From NCBI GenBank assembly GCA_963737655.1, contig CAVTTN010000002.1, positions 1,664,001-1,728,000 on the forward strand: a stretch of DNA of 64,000 nucleotides, written 5' to 3'. This stretch comes from an uncultured Planctomycetota bacterium. GTDB lineage: Bacteria; Planctomycetota; Planctomycetia; Isosphaerales; Isosphaeraceae. The notes under the pieces are model-generated. The model was not told the origin of the DNA and did not search any database. It saw only the letters and a program-made list of their open reading frames with translations. The translations under genes were made by a program, and so were the position numbers. This document shows positions 10,653-18,751 of the stretch, one piece after another (the stretch's first letter is position 1; every line of letters begins with the position of its first letter).

Positions 10653-11543
10653 ATGGCTTTCCTGCGGATGTCGGTCCTCGGCCTCACAGGCGTCATCGCA
10701 ATGGTCGCCCTCGCATTGGCGTCTCTTCGCTACTCGACGCCGAACGTGGCGCGATGGAGCCTGACGGCGGTCTTCCTGATCCACGGGCTCGCGATCCTCG
10801 CCGCGATCTATCGACGTGGGGCGACTCGCGCCTTCTGGCTGGGCTTTGCCCTGATGGGCGGGGGCTATCTGGGCCTCTCCTCCGGCTCGTGGACGCTCAC
10901 CCAAAAGGAAGATGACTTGTACAAGAATGGATTCTTCGTGGATTTCGCCGGCGTTCACGGCGCGGTGCGTGAACCGGCCCCGCTCGGACACTGGCTAGGT
11001 ACAACGGCCCTCCTCGACTCGCTACGCATCGGGATTCAGATCGACAACGGCACCGGCTCGCCCCCGAACAGGCTGGAAGGATTGTTCGACTTCGATCGCA
11101 GGAGAAGTGCCATGCTCGCCGCGTTAGACCGGCCGCTTGAGATGCCGTTTCCACGAGAAACTCCGCTCGATGACGTGCTGAATTACATCAAGGTCTCGAC
11201 TCGCACCGCGGCCCTGCCGGACGGGATCCCGATCTACGTCGATCCGATCGGGCTGGTGGAGGCGGAGAAGACGATGTCGTCGGGCGTGAGCCTGGAAGTG
11301 AAGGGCATCCCGCTTCGGAGGTCACTGCCCCTGATCCTCGGGCAGGTCGATCTGGCGTGCGTCGTTGATGCCGATCTTGTGACGATCACCAGCCGTACCC
11401 GCGCCTCGGTGACGGACCGCGTCGAGGCGTTTCGCCGCATCGGGCACAGCCTATTCGCCTTGATATTCGCCGTCATCGGCGGGGTTGCTGCTTGTACCCT
11501 AAGGACGAAGCCTGAAAGATCCACCCACGCCGCCTCCCCGTGA
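10653..11543 (+). CDS. cassette-borne planctomycete membrane protein (paralog of 52698-53603 and 53600-54481)
   Basis: N-terminal TM helices, YRRGATRAFWLGFAL, MPFPRETPLDDVLNYIK...GIPIYVDPIGL domain; alternative start 10581. Confidence 0.8.
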   Translation: MAFLRMSVLGLTGVIAMVALALASLRYSTPNVARWSLTAVFLIHGLAILAAIYRRGATRAFWLGFALMGGGYLGLSSGSWTLTQKEDDLYKNGFFVDFAGVHGAVREPAPLGHWLGTTALLDSLRIGIQIDNGTGSPPNRLEGLFDFDRRRSAMLAALDRPLEMPFPRETPLDDVLNYIKVSTRTAALPDGIPIYVDPIGLVEAEKTMSSGVSLEVKGIPLRRSLPLILGQVDLACVVDADLVTITSRTRASVTDRVEAFRRIGHSLFALIFAVIGGVAACTLRTKPERSTHAASP

Positions 11544-11695
11544 ACTCTTCGCGCCGGCGGTTCGGCATCGGTTGATACTATGTGGGCGTGATCATCGATC
11601 GGCCCGCATCCCCCCCGGCCCCCGCGACGACGGGGACGGCCCGATCCGGCTCGGCGGGGCTTGCGGCCGGGCGCCCCGCCTCCGACCCGTCGCCC

Positions 11696-13048
11696 TCACG
11701 ACGGCGGCGACGGCGGCGACTTCGCCACCAGCTCGTAGCCCAGCGACCTCGCCTTGCGCCGCAGCGAACGCTCCTGCTTCCGCCTCACCTCCGCCTCGTA
11801 CTCCGCCAGCGACCTCGACACGTACTCCTCGCCGTGCCTGAGCAGCCGGTACACCAGCCGCGACAGCTTGTGCGCCGTCGCCGTGATCGCCCCGCGGCCG
11901 CCGATCCGGCCCTTGATCCGCCGGTAGAACTGGCCCGTCGCCGTCGCCGTCCGGCCCGCCGCCTGCGCCGCCATCCGCAGCGCCTGACCCACCCGGTTCT
12001 TGCCCTTGCGGGGCGTGCGACGCCGCTCGGTCTTGTTGCTCCGGTCGGTCCGCGGGCAGAGGCCCAGCCAGCTGGCGAAGTGCTTCTCGCTCGGGAACCG
12101 CCCCACGTCGCCGCCGAGCTCCGCCAGGATCACCGTCGCCGTCGTCGCGTCGATCCCCTCGATGGCCGTCAGGTCGACGCCGATCGCCCGGGCCAGCTTG
12201 GCCGGGGCGTCGAACCGCACGTCGTTGGCCTTGCGGCCGCGACGCCGCGGCCTCGGGGCGACCGGCTCGCCCCCGGAGCGGTCGGGCAGGCGGTCCAGCT
12301 CCTCGGCGATCCGGGCGTCGCACTCGTCGACCTGGCGGTGGAGGTACTGGTACAGGTCGGACGCCTGCTTCAGGGCGAACAGGTGCTCGGGCCGCCAGGT
12401 GCCCTCCAGGGCCCGGGCGATCTCCGCCTCGTCCCGGGCGCACCGCTCGTGCCGCAGCGCGGCCAGCCTCGCCGGGTCGCGCTCGCCGGCGAGGATGGCG
12501 GCGATGATCGCCGTGCCGGTGACGCCCGTGATGCTGCTGACGACCTCGGTCAGCTTCACATTCATCTGCTCCAAAGCCTTCTGCATGTGCTGGACGTGGT
12601 GCGAGGCGTACCGCACGAGCATCTGCCGCTGCCGCCAGTAGCCGCGCAGGGCCAGGACGGCCCCGGGCGGGCGGAAGGACGGGCGGAGCAGGCCGCAGGC
12701 GTGGAGGCGCTGGAGCCACTGGCAGTCGAGCCGGTCGGTCTTGGGCCGGGCGCCGCAGTGGCTGGCCTGGCTCGGCTCGATGAGGAAGACCTCGAAGCCG
12801 CGCGATTCGAGCAGCTCGAACAGGGGGATCCAGTAGACGCCGGTGGACTCCAGGACCACCGAGGTGACGCCCTCGGCCCGGAACCAATCGGCCAGGGCGT
12901 GGAGGTCGGCCGAGCAGGCGCCGAAGGTGCGGACCCGTCCGGGCCCGACGCAGGCGACGTGGTTGTCGGAGTGGACGTCGACGGCGGCGGCGTGGGGGTG
13001 GACGACCGGCAGGGACGCGTCGGGATCGGGGGGCGTGCGGCGACTCAT
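11696..13048 (-). CDS. IS110-family DEDD recombinase/transposase
   Basis: AAVDVH, LESTGVYW, KTDRLDC (DEDD RuvC-like); FPSEKHFASWLGLCP...SN; ATAHKL. Confidence 0.95.
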   Translation of the reverse strand: MSRRTPPDPDASLPVVHPHAAAVDVHSDNHVACVGPGRVRTFGACSADLHALADWFRAEGVTSVVLESTGVYWIPLFELLESRGFEVFLIEPSQASHCGARPKTDRLDCQWLQRLHACGLLRPSFRPPGAVLALRGYWRQRQMLVRYASHHVQHMQKALEQMNVKLTEVVSSITGVTGTAIIAAILAGERDPARLAALRHERCARDEAEIARALEGTWRPEHLFALKQASDLYQYLHRQVDECDARIAEELDRLPDRSGGEPVAPRPRRRGRKANDVRFDAPAKLARAIGVDLTAIEGIDATTATVILAELGGDVGRFPSEKHFASWLGLCPRTDRSNKTERRRTPRKGKNRVGQALRMAAQAAGRTATATGQFYRRIKGRIGGRGAITATAHKLSRLVYRLLRHGEEYVSRSLAEYEAEVRRKQERSLRRKARSLGYELVAKSPPSPPS

Positions 13049-13084
13049 GGCGAGGGCTCCGGCGGGTGGGGGGCCAAGCCGTCG

Positions 13085-13250
13085 CGGGCCGAGAGGGGGT
13101 CCGGGGACGAGGTAGTCTCCCCGACGGGAACGTCGCGGGGCCGTGTTGACACGGCGCCGCGGGTCACCAATGATGGGGCCACGGCCTCTCGGGCCATGCT
13201 AACCTGCGGGCGGCGAGCACCAGGGAGATGACGGCCGGGAGGCCCGCGAC
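13085..13250 (-). ncRNA. putative IS110 bridge RNA (boundaries approximate)
   Basis: Non-coding end upstream of the transposase; CTAACCT 13199-13205 matches the target; CTCCCCG 13117-13123 matches the element end junction 11534-11540. Confidence 0.75.
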
Positions 13251-13337
13251 GGCGTGCCCCAGCGTATCGCGCCCGGTGGTCGGGGCCACCCCCGGTTCAC
13301 GTCCGTCGGGGAGCGGTCGGAGACGGCGCGGAGAGTT

Positions 13338-13435
13338 AACCTCGCGCTGCAGCGGACCCCGGCCACGGGCCGCGCTTTCTCCGTTGTCATAGCTCACTGG
13401 TCCGTGGCCGGGTCCGCTGAGCTTGGTCGTTAGGC
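13338..13435 (+). other. attC site 5 (split by IS110)
   Basis: AAC..GCTGCAGCGGACC..GGTCCGCTGAGC..GTTAGGC. Confidence 0.9.
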
Positions 13436-13447
13436 GGCTCGGTGGCG

Positions 13448-13717
13448 ATGCCTGAAGTACCGCTCGCTCACCTCGTATTCCTGCGGCGTGGCTCCGTACT
13501 CATCGTCAAGCGGCCCGAGGTCGACTGGCGGCAACTCCAAGACGAATACGACGACTACATGGCGTCGCTCGGCCCTTGGTCGGAGGACGACATCTGCGAG
13601 CACTTCGCGCTTGACTACGGGGAGGACGATCGCCGCTGGCCGTTCACGCGGTCGGCCATCGGCGAGTTCATGCGCGCGGCTGGCCCGGTCGTGCTGGAGT
13701 CGGCCGCCTCTTCGTGA
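13448..13717 (+). CDS. cassette hypothetical protein (acidic, about 90 aa)
   Basis: ORF fills the cassette; stop codon supplied by mini-element 2. Confidence 0.7.
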   Translation: MPEVPLAHLVFLRRGSVLIVKRPEVDWRQLQDEYDDYMASLGPWSEDDICEHFALDYGEDDRRWPFTRSAIGEFMRAAGPVVLESAASS

Positions 13718-14089
13718 ACTCTTTGGCTGGGAACGGCCATCGACGCGCAACACTACCCCAACCCCAGGCTTTGTGGCCGGGCAGCGGCGAGGTCCGGGTA
13801 GCAAACCGACGGATTCAAGAGCGGCGGACGAGGCGCGGGCCGAGAGGGGAGTCGGTTACGCTTGCAGTCTCTTCGACGGGAACATCCCCGCGAGTCGGCT
13901 CGCGGGGCGTCGCCAATGACCGGATCACGACCTCTCGGGCCAGGCTAACCTACGGGCAGGGAGCACCAAGGTGGAGACGGCCGGGAGGCCCGCGCCACAC
14001 TCAGGCTACGCCGCGCCGGGTCGGCGGGCAAGTCGTCCCCGACCCCCGTTCACGCCCCGTCGGGAGCGGACGAAGGCCGCAGGATGGTT
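13710..14089 (-). mobile_element. 380-bp IS110-derived mini-element, copy 2
   Basis: Near-identical to copy 1 (one substitution seen); inserted at GCCT|AAC. Confidence 0.9.
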
Positions 14090-14184
14090 AACCTTGCGCT
14101 GCAGCGGACCCCACCCGCCGCGACGGTTTTGGTACTATCCGAGGTCGCTCGGGCGGGTGGGTCCGCTGAGCTTTGTCGTTAGGC
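14090..14184 (+). other. attC site 6 (split)
   Basis: attC hairpin ending GTTAGGC 14178-14184. Confidence 0.9.
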
Positions 14185-14199
14185 GGCGGAGATTTTATC

Positions 14200-14820
14200 G
14201 TGCATCGAGCGATGTTCGTACTCACGGCCCTATTAACCGCCGGGTGCGGACAAGATCTATCTTCGAAGACGCCCCCGATCCTTTCGAAGGCTCTCCCCGA
14301 CTCGGGTCGCCGTGTGATTGATGCCGATCGGGTTGTAAAAGTTGCAGGGCGGACTCTCCCGGATGTTCCCCTCGTCGTGAACGGCGCGACGGGGGAGTCC
14401 GACTCCGCTGGTCATGCACTGTTCACGCTCAAAGGCGGACCGGAGCGAGTTCTGGCATCTGATCCCATCCTCAGCATCGCGCACGTCAAGATCGCGCCGG
14501 ACCGATCCGTCGGGGTCGAGAGCCGGGGAACCACGAGCGGGAATACACCCGACAAGTTCGTCTGGGACGAGCATCGCGATTTCAAGATCAATGGACAGCC
14601 GGCCACTTTGAGCCTTCGTCTGGATGGGCGCAATCATAGCCTACAAGTTGCCGGCGAGACCTTCGATCTCGCCCGAGGTAATTTCTTCACCGTCAGGCTG
14701 GCGGCCGGTTCACGTCTGGTCGCTGAACAGTTTCCACTGATTGATGTCATCGAGGATGATCCGCCCAAAGTTGAAGCCAGATTCACTGGATTCGAGAAAT
14801 CTCGACAAGGTGGTAAGTAG
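14200..14820 (+). CDS. cassette hypothetical lipoprotein
   Basis: Lipobox LTAGC after a hydrophobic stretch; lower GC. Confidence 0.7.
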   Translation: MHRAMFVLTALLTAGCGQDLSSKTPPILSKALPDSGRRVIDADRVVKVAGRTLPDVPLVVNGATGESDSAGHALFTLKGGPERVLASDPILSIAHVKIAPDRSVGVESRGTTSGNTPDKFVWDEHRDFKINGQPATLSLRLDGRNHSLQVAGETFDLARGNFFTVRLAAGSRLVAEQFPLIDVIEDDPPKVEARFTGFEKSRQGGK

Positions 14821-14865
14821 CTGTGGCCTTGCCTAAGCTTCGGCCGGCGTAGCGGCGAGATGCCT

Positions 14866-15245
14866 CTTCGTGAACTCTTTGGCTGGGAACGGCCATCGAC
14901 GCGCGACACTACCCCAACCCCAGGCTTTGTGGCCGGGCAGCGGCGAGGTCCGGGTAGCAAACCGACGGATTCAAGAGCGGCGGACGAGGCGCGGGCCGAG
15001 AGGGGAGTCGGTTACGTTTGCAGTCTCTTCGACGGGAACATCCCCGCGAGTCGGCTCGCGGGGCGTCGCCAATGACCGGATCACGACCTCTCGGGCCAGG
15101 CTAACCTACGGGCAGGGAGCACCAAGGTGGAGACGGCCGGGAGGCCCGCGCCACACTCAGGCTACGCCGCGCCGGGTCGGCGGGCAAGTCGTCCCCGACC
15201 CCCGTTCACGCCCCGTCGGGAGCGGACGAAGGCCGCAGGATGGTT
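14866..15245 (-). mobile_element. 380-bp IS110-derived mini-element, copy 3
   Basis: Near-identical to copy 1 (one substitution seen); inserted at GCCT|AAC. Confidence 0.9.
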
Positions 15246-15341
15246 AACCTCGCGCTGCAGCGGACCCCGCACCGCCGCGGCGATTCTTGTGTTATCATCG
15301 CGTTCTCGGCGGTGCGGGTCCGCTGAGCTTTGGCGTTAGGC
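15246..15341 (+). other. attC site 7 (split)
   Basis: attC hairpin ending GTTAGGC 15335-15341. Confidence 0.9.
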
Positions 15342-15369
15342 GGCTCGGCGAAGATGCCTCGGGACACCC

Positions 15370-15765
15370 GTGACGTTCGACCCCGACCGAATCATGACCC
15401 TCTCGACCATGCAGTTCCGACGTTTCGGAATCGCGTGCTGCTATCGGTTGGGGTGCGACCGCAAAGACAAGCGTCTCGCGAAGGCGCTCAAGAGACTGGA
15501 GCAATCGCTGGGGCCGCCGGCCGACGAGAGCATGCGTCGTGACGCGCTCAACGCCGCCAACTCCGCTTGCCGAGACCTCTCCGCAAGCAGCGGCGTGATA
15601 CAGGTCGTTGCCCGCACCCTTGTTTGTGCCTGCTGGGACGGTCCCAATGAGAATCTGATTGGGAATTTCGAAGCGGCGCTTGAACAAGGAGAGCACTTGA
15701 GCAGGTCCGAGATCAAGGACATTGAAAGCGAGATCTTTCGGGCTATCCTGGGCGCCTCTTCGTGA
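15370..15765 (+). CDS. cassette hypothetical protein
   Basis: ORF fills the cassette; stop codon supplied by mini-element 4. Confidence 0.7.
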   Translation: MTFDPDRIMTLSTMQFRRFGIACCYRLGCDRKDKRLAKALKRLEQSLGPPADESMRRDALNAANSACRDLSASSGVIQVVARTLVCACWDGPNENLIGNFEAALEQGEHLSRSEIKDIESEIFRAILGASS

Positions 15766-16137
15766 ACTCTTTGGCTGGGAACGGCCATCGACGCGCGACA
15801 CTACCCCAACCCCAGGCTTTGTGGCCGGGCAGCGGCGAGGTCCGGGTAGCAAACCGACGGATTCAAGAGCGGCGGACGAGGCGCGGGCCGAGAGGGGAGT
15901 CGGTTACGCTTGCAGTCTCTTCGACGGGAACATCCCCGCGAGTCGGCTCGCGGGGCGTCGCCAATGACCGGATCACGACCTCTCGGGCCAGGCTAACCTA
16001 CGGGCAGGGAGCACCAAGGTGGAGACGGCCGGGAGGCCCGCGCCACACTCAGGCTACGCCGCGCCGGGTCGGCGGGCAAGTCGTCCCCGACCCCCGTTCA
16101 CGCCCCGTCGGGAGCGGACGAAGGCCGCAGGATGGTT
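15758..16137 (-). mobile_element. 380-bp IS110-derived mini-element, copy 4
   Basis: Matches copy 1; inserted at GCCT|AAC. Confidence 0.9.
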
Positions 16138-16232
16138 AACCTGGCGCTGCAGCGGACCCGGCCCGCCGCGGTAGTTTCCGTGCTATCATCGGTCTGCTCG
16201 GCGGGCCGGTCCGCTGAGCTTGGTCGTTAGGC
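16138..16232 (+). other. attC site 8 (split)
   Basis: attC hairpin ending GTTAGGC 16226-16232. Confidence 0.9.
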
Positions 16233-16372
16233 GGTTCGGGCACCGTTGGATCGCGCGGCGAAATCCAGAAGTCCCAACGGCAGCCCCTTGTCATCCGCCG
16301 CCGGGATCGATAGGGTCGCCGGCGTCGGTGCCACGCAGCGGAGCGAGGCTTGTCTAATCAGGGGCGTAATCC

Positions 16373-16582
16373 ATGAAAGCCTGGAAGAAAACCTTCCCTT
16401 CGATCGGGTTCGCGATCGCCGCCGTGGCATTCCTATTCGCCGGTTTGGAGGAGCGGGTCATCGCTGGGGGGCGGCTCCGCTACCCCATGCTGAGCTTGGC
16501 ATTCTTGTACTTCGTCTTAGCCTTCGTATTCTTCGACCGAGGCCGGAAGTCAGGTGGCGAGACCGGACCGCCAAATGCCTGA
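16373..16582 (+). CDS. cassette small membrane protein (2 TM)
   Basis: AGGGG upstream; two hydrophobic segments. Confidence 0.6.
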   Translation: MKAWKKTFPSIGFAIAAVAFLFAGLEERVIAGGRLRYPMLSLAFLYFVLAFVFFDRGRKSGGETGPPNA

Positions 16583-16651
16583 CCTGCTGGCTAGCCCGGG
16601 CGATGCGGCGAGGAGGAACGATCGTCAGCGGCATTCAAGGTCTCCCGGCCT

Positions 16652-17647
16652 CCCCGTGAACTCTTCGCGCCGACGGTTCGACATCGGTTGATACTATGTG
16701 GGCGTGATCATCGATCGGGGTCAAAAAGGGGACGGGGGTCAAAAAGGGGACGGGGGTCAAAAAGGGGACGGGGTCAAAAAGGGGACGGAGCGAATAAATT
16801 CAGCTTTTTGCATTTTGCCGCGTCTCATCCAGGCCGAACTTATTCGCTCCGTCCCCTTTTCGGCCCCCGCCGTCCCCTTTTCGGCCCCCGCGTCCCCTTT
16901 TCGGCCCCCGTCCCCTTTTCGGCCCCTCTGCCGCTGCCGCCAGTAGCCGCGCAGGGCCAGGACCGCGGCCGGCGGGCGGAAGGACGGGCGGAGCAGGCCG
17001 CACGAGTGGAGGCGCCGGAGCCACTGGCAGTCGAGCCGGTCGGTCTTGGGCCGGGCGCCGCAGTGGCTGGCCTGGCTCGGCTCGATGAGGAAGACCTCGA
17101 AGCCGCGCGATTCGAGCAGCTCGAACAGGGGGATCCAGTAGACGCCGGTGGACTCCAGGACCACCGAGGTGACGCCCTCGGCCCGGAACCAGTCGGCCAG
17201 GGCGTGGAGGTCGGCCGAGCAGGCGCCGAAGGTGCGGACCCGTCCGGGTCCGACGCAGGCGACGTGGTTGTCGGAGTGGACGTCGACGGCCGCGGCGTGG
17301 GGGTGGATGACCGGCAGGGTCGCGTCGGGATCGGGCGGCTTGCGACGGCTCATCGGGCGGCTCCGGCGGGTTGGGGCGTGGGGGCCGAGCCGCCGCGAGC
17401 CGAGAGGGGGGCCGGGGACGAGCAGTCTCCCCGACGGGAACGTCGCGGCGCCGCGTTGACACGGCGTCGCGGGTCACCAATGATGGGGCCACGGCTTCTC
17501 GGGCCAGGCTAACCTGCGGGCGGCGAGCACCAGGGAAGGGACGGCCGGGAGGCTCGCGACGGCGTGCCCCAGCGTATCGCGCCCGGTGGTCGGGGCCACC
17601 CCCGGTTCACGTCCGTCGGGGAGCGGTCGGAGACGGCGCGGAGAGTT
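16652..17647 (-). mobile_element. internally deleted IS110 copy in attC (both ends and bridge region retained; transposase truncated, 16927-17353)
   Basis: High identity to 11536-13337 at both ends; about 1 kb replaced by a palindromic repeat block. Confidence 0.9.
16719..16926. repeat. palindromic tandem-repeat block (REP-like)
   Basis: 4x TCAAAAAGGGGACGG, central IR GGAGCGAATAA/TTATTCGCTCC, 4x GTCCCCTTTT(T)CGGCCCC. Confidence 0.8.
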
Positions 17648-17743
17648 AACCTGGCGCGGCAGCGGACCCCGCCCGCCACGACGCCTTCTGGTATCATCAA
17701 GCCTTTCCTCGGCGGGCCGGTCCGCTGAGCTTGGGCGTTAGGC
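17648..17743 (+). other. attC site 9 (split)
   Basis: attC hairpin ending GTTAGGC 17737-17743. Confidence 0.88.
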
Positions 17744-17772
17744 GGCTCGGAGGCGCGTAAGAGGGTCGAAAG

Positions 17773-18135
17773 GTGCCGCGACTCCGATTCACGGTGCGGG
17801 GGATGATGATCACCGTGGCGATCGCGGGGGTAGGCCTCGGCAGCCATCGGATGCACGCGCGTCGGCTCCGTTTCCTGGACCAAGCCCGATCCCATGCGGA
17901 GTCCGAGGCACATTGCGCCTTCATGTGGAGCGAGGTCTCCGCCTACCCGGATTTCCGATGGCCGGGCGACCGGCGACCCCCGAGGCCGCCCGAGAAAGTT
18001 CGCAGCGAGCAAGCGGCCGCGCGATCGTATTATGAGAGGAAGATCGCCCACCACGTCACCATGCGCGCGAAGTACGAGCGCGCCGCCCGCTACCCGTGGC
18101 TCCCCGTCGCGCCCGACTCGCGCGAGCCCAAGTGA
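17773..18135 (+). CDS. last cassette gene: small planctomycete-type membrane-anchored protein
   Basis: RFTVRGMMITVA N-terminus, KYERAARYPWLPVAPD C-terminus; no attC follows. Confidence 0.7.
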   Translation: MPRLRFTVRGMMITVAIAGVGLGSHRMHARRLRFLDQARSHAESEAHCAFMWSEVSAYPDFRWPGDRRPPRPPEKVRSEQAAARSYYERKIAHHVTMRAKYERAARYPWLPVAPDSREPK

Positions 18136-18148
18136 GGACACGCCATGC

Positions 18149-18650
18149 TGGACTTCCCCGCCGAGGGCGGGCGCCGGGTTACGAGCGTAAGCTCGAACCT
18201 GGAGGCCTTCATGCCGACGATCCGAAGGACGTGCACGCCCGAGTTCAAGGCCGAGGCCGTCAAGCTCGTCACCGAGCAGGGGCGGAGCTTCGTCGAGGTC
18301 TCTCGCGACCTCGACATCGGCGACAGCACGCTGAGGGGCTGGCGGGATGCCATCGCCAAGGACGGCCAGCGGGTCTTCCCGGGGCGGGGCATCCCGCCCG
18401 CCCTGGAGGAGGAACTCCGCCGCCTCCGCGCCGATGTCAAGCGGCTCACGATGGAGCGCGACATCCTGAAAGAAGCGACGGCCTGCTTCGCCGGGGGGTC
18501 GTCATGAGGTACGGCTTCGTCGAGGCCCACCGGGGCGATGGCCGGTCCGGCTCATGTGCCGGGTCCCGCGCGTCTCCCCGGGCGGCTACTACGACTGGCG
18601 GGGAAGGCCGAAGAGGGAAGGGGCACGGAGGCGCGACGACCTGGTCGTCG
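18149..18650 (+). pseudogene. IS3-family remnant (orfA 18211-18507; orfB frameshifted and truncated)
   Basis: TG-starting end; RRTCTPEFKAEAVKLV...LTMERDILKEATACFA; orfB fragments MRYGFVEAHR / MCRV..VSPGGYYDWR. Confidence 0.85.
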
Positions 18651-18751
18651 CCCAAACGCTCCGGGGCGGCGAGACGATCACGTCCCAGTCGTCCGCGAAG
18701 CACCTGCCCAGCCGGTTCCGCGTGACGGCCCAGCAGGGCGCCAGCAACCGG

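Larger units (their letters stand above)
11536..13337 (-). mobile_element. IS110-family element (1802 bp) inserted in attC
   Basis: Inserted at GCCT|AAC; imperfect near-terminal IR AACTCTTCGCGCCG / CGGCGCGGAGAGTT; 289-nt non-coding end upstream of the transposase. Confidence 0.92.
8907..18135 (+). mobile_element. integron-type gene cassette array without adjacent integrase (CALIN-like), 10 cassettes
   Basis: Nine attC sites (TAAC..GCTGCAGCGGACC ... GGTCCGCTGAGC..GTTAGGC) separate short co-oriented ORFs; no tyrosine recombinase ORF recognised in the window. Confidence 0.9.

Noticed and set aside
13714..16139. Repeated 125-aa ORF MNSLAGNGHRR... inside the mini-elements
   Set aside because: Arg/Gly-rich GC artefact; the frame is not conserved in the homologous IS110 end.
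9105..16232. Repeat-plus-variable-segment pattern as a CRISPR-like array
   Set aside because: The repeats are 380 bp plus an attC hairpin and the variable segments are gene cassettes.
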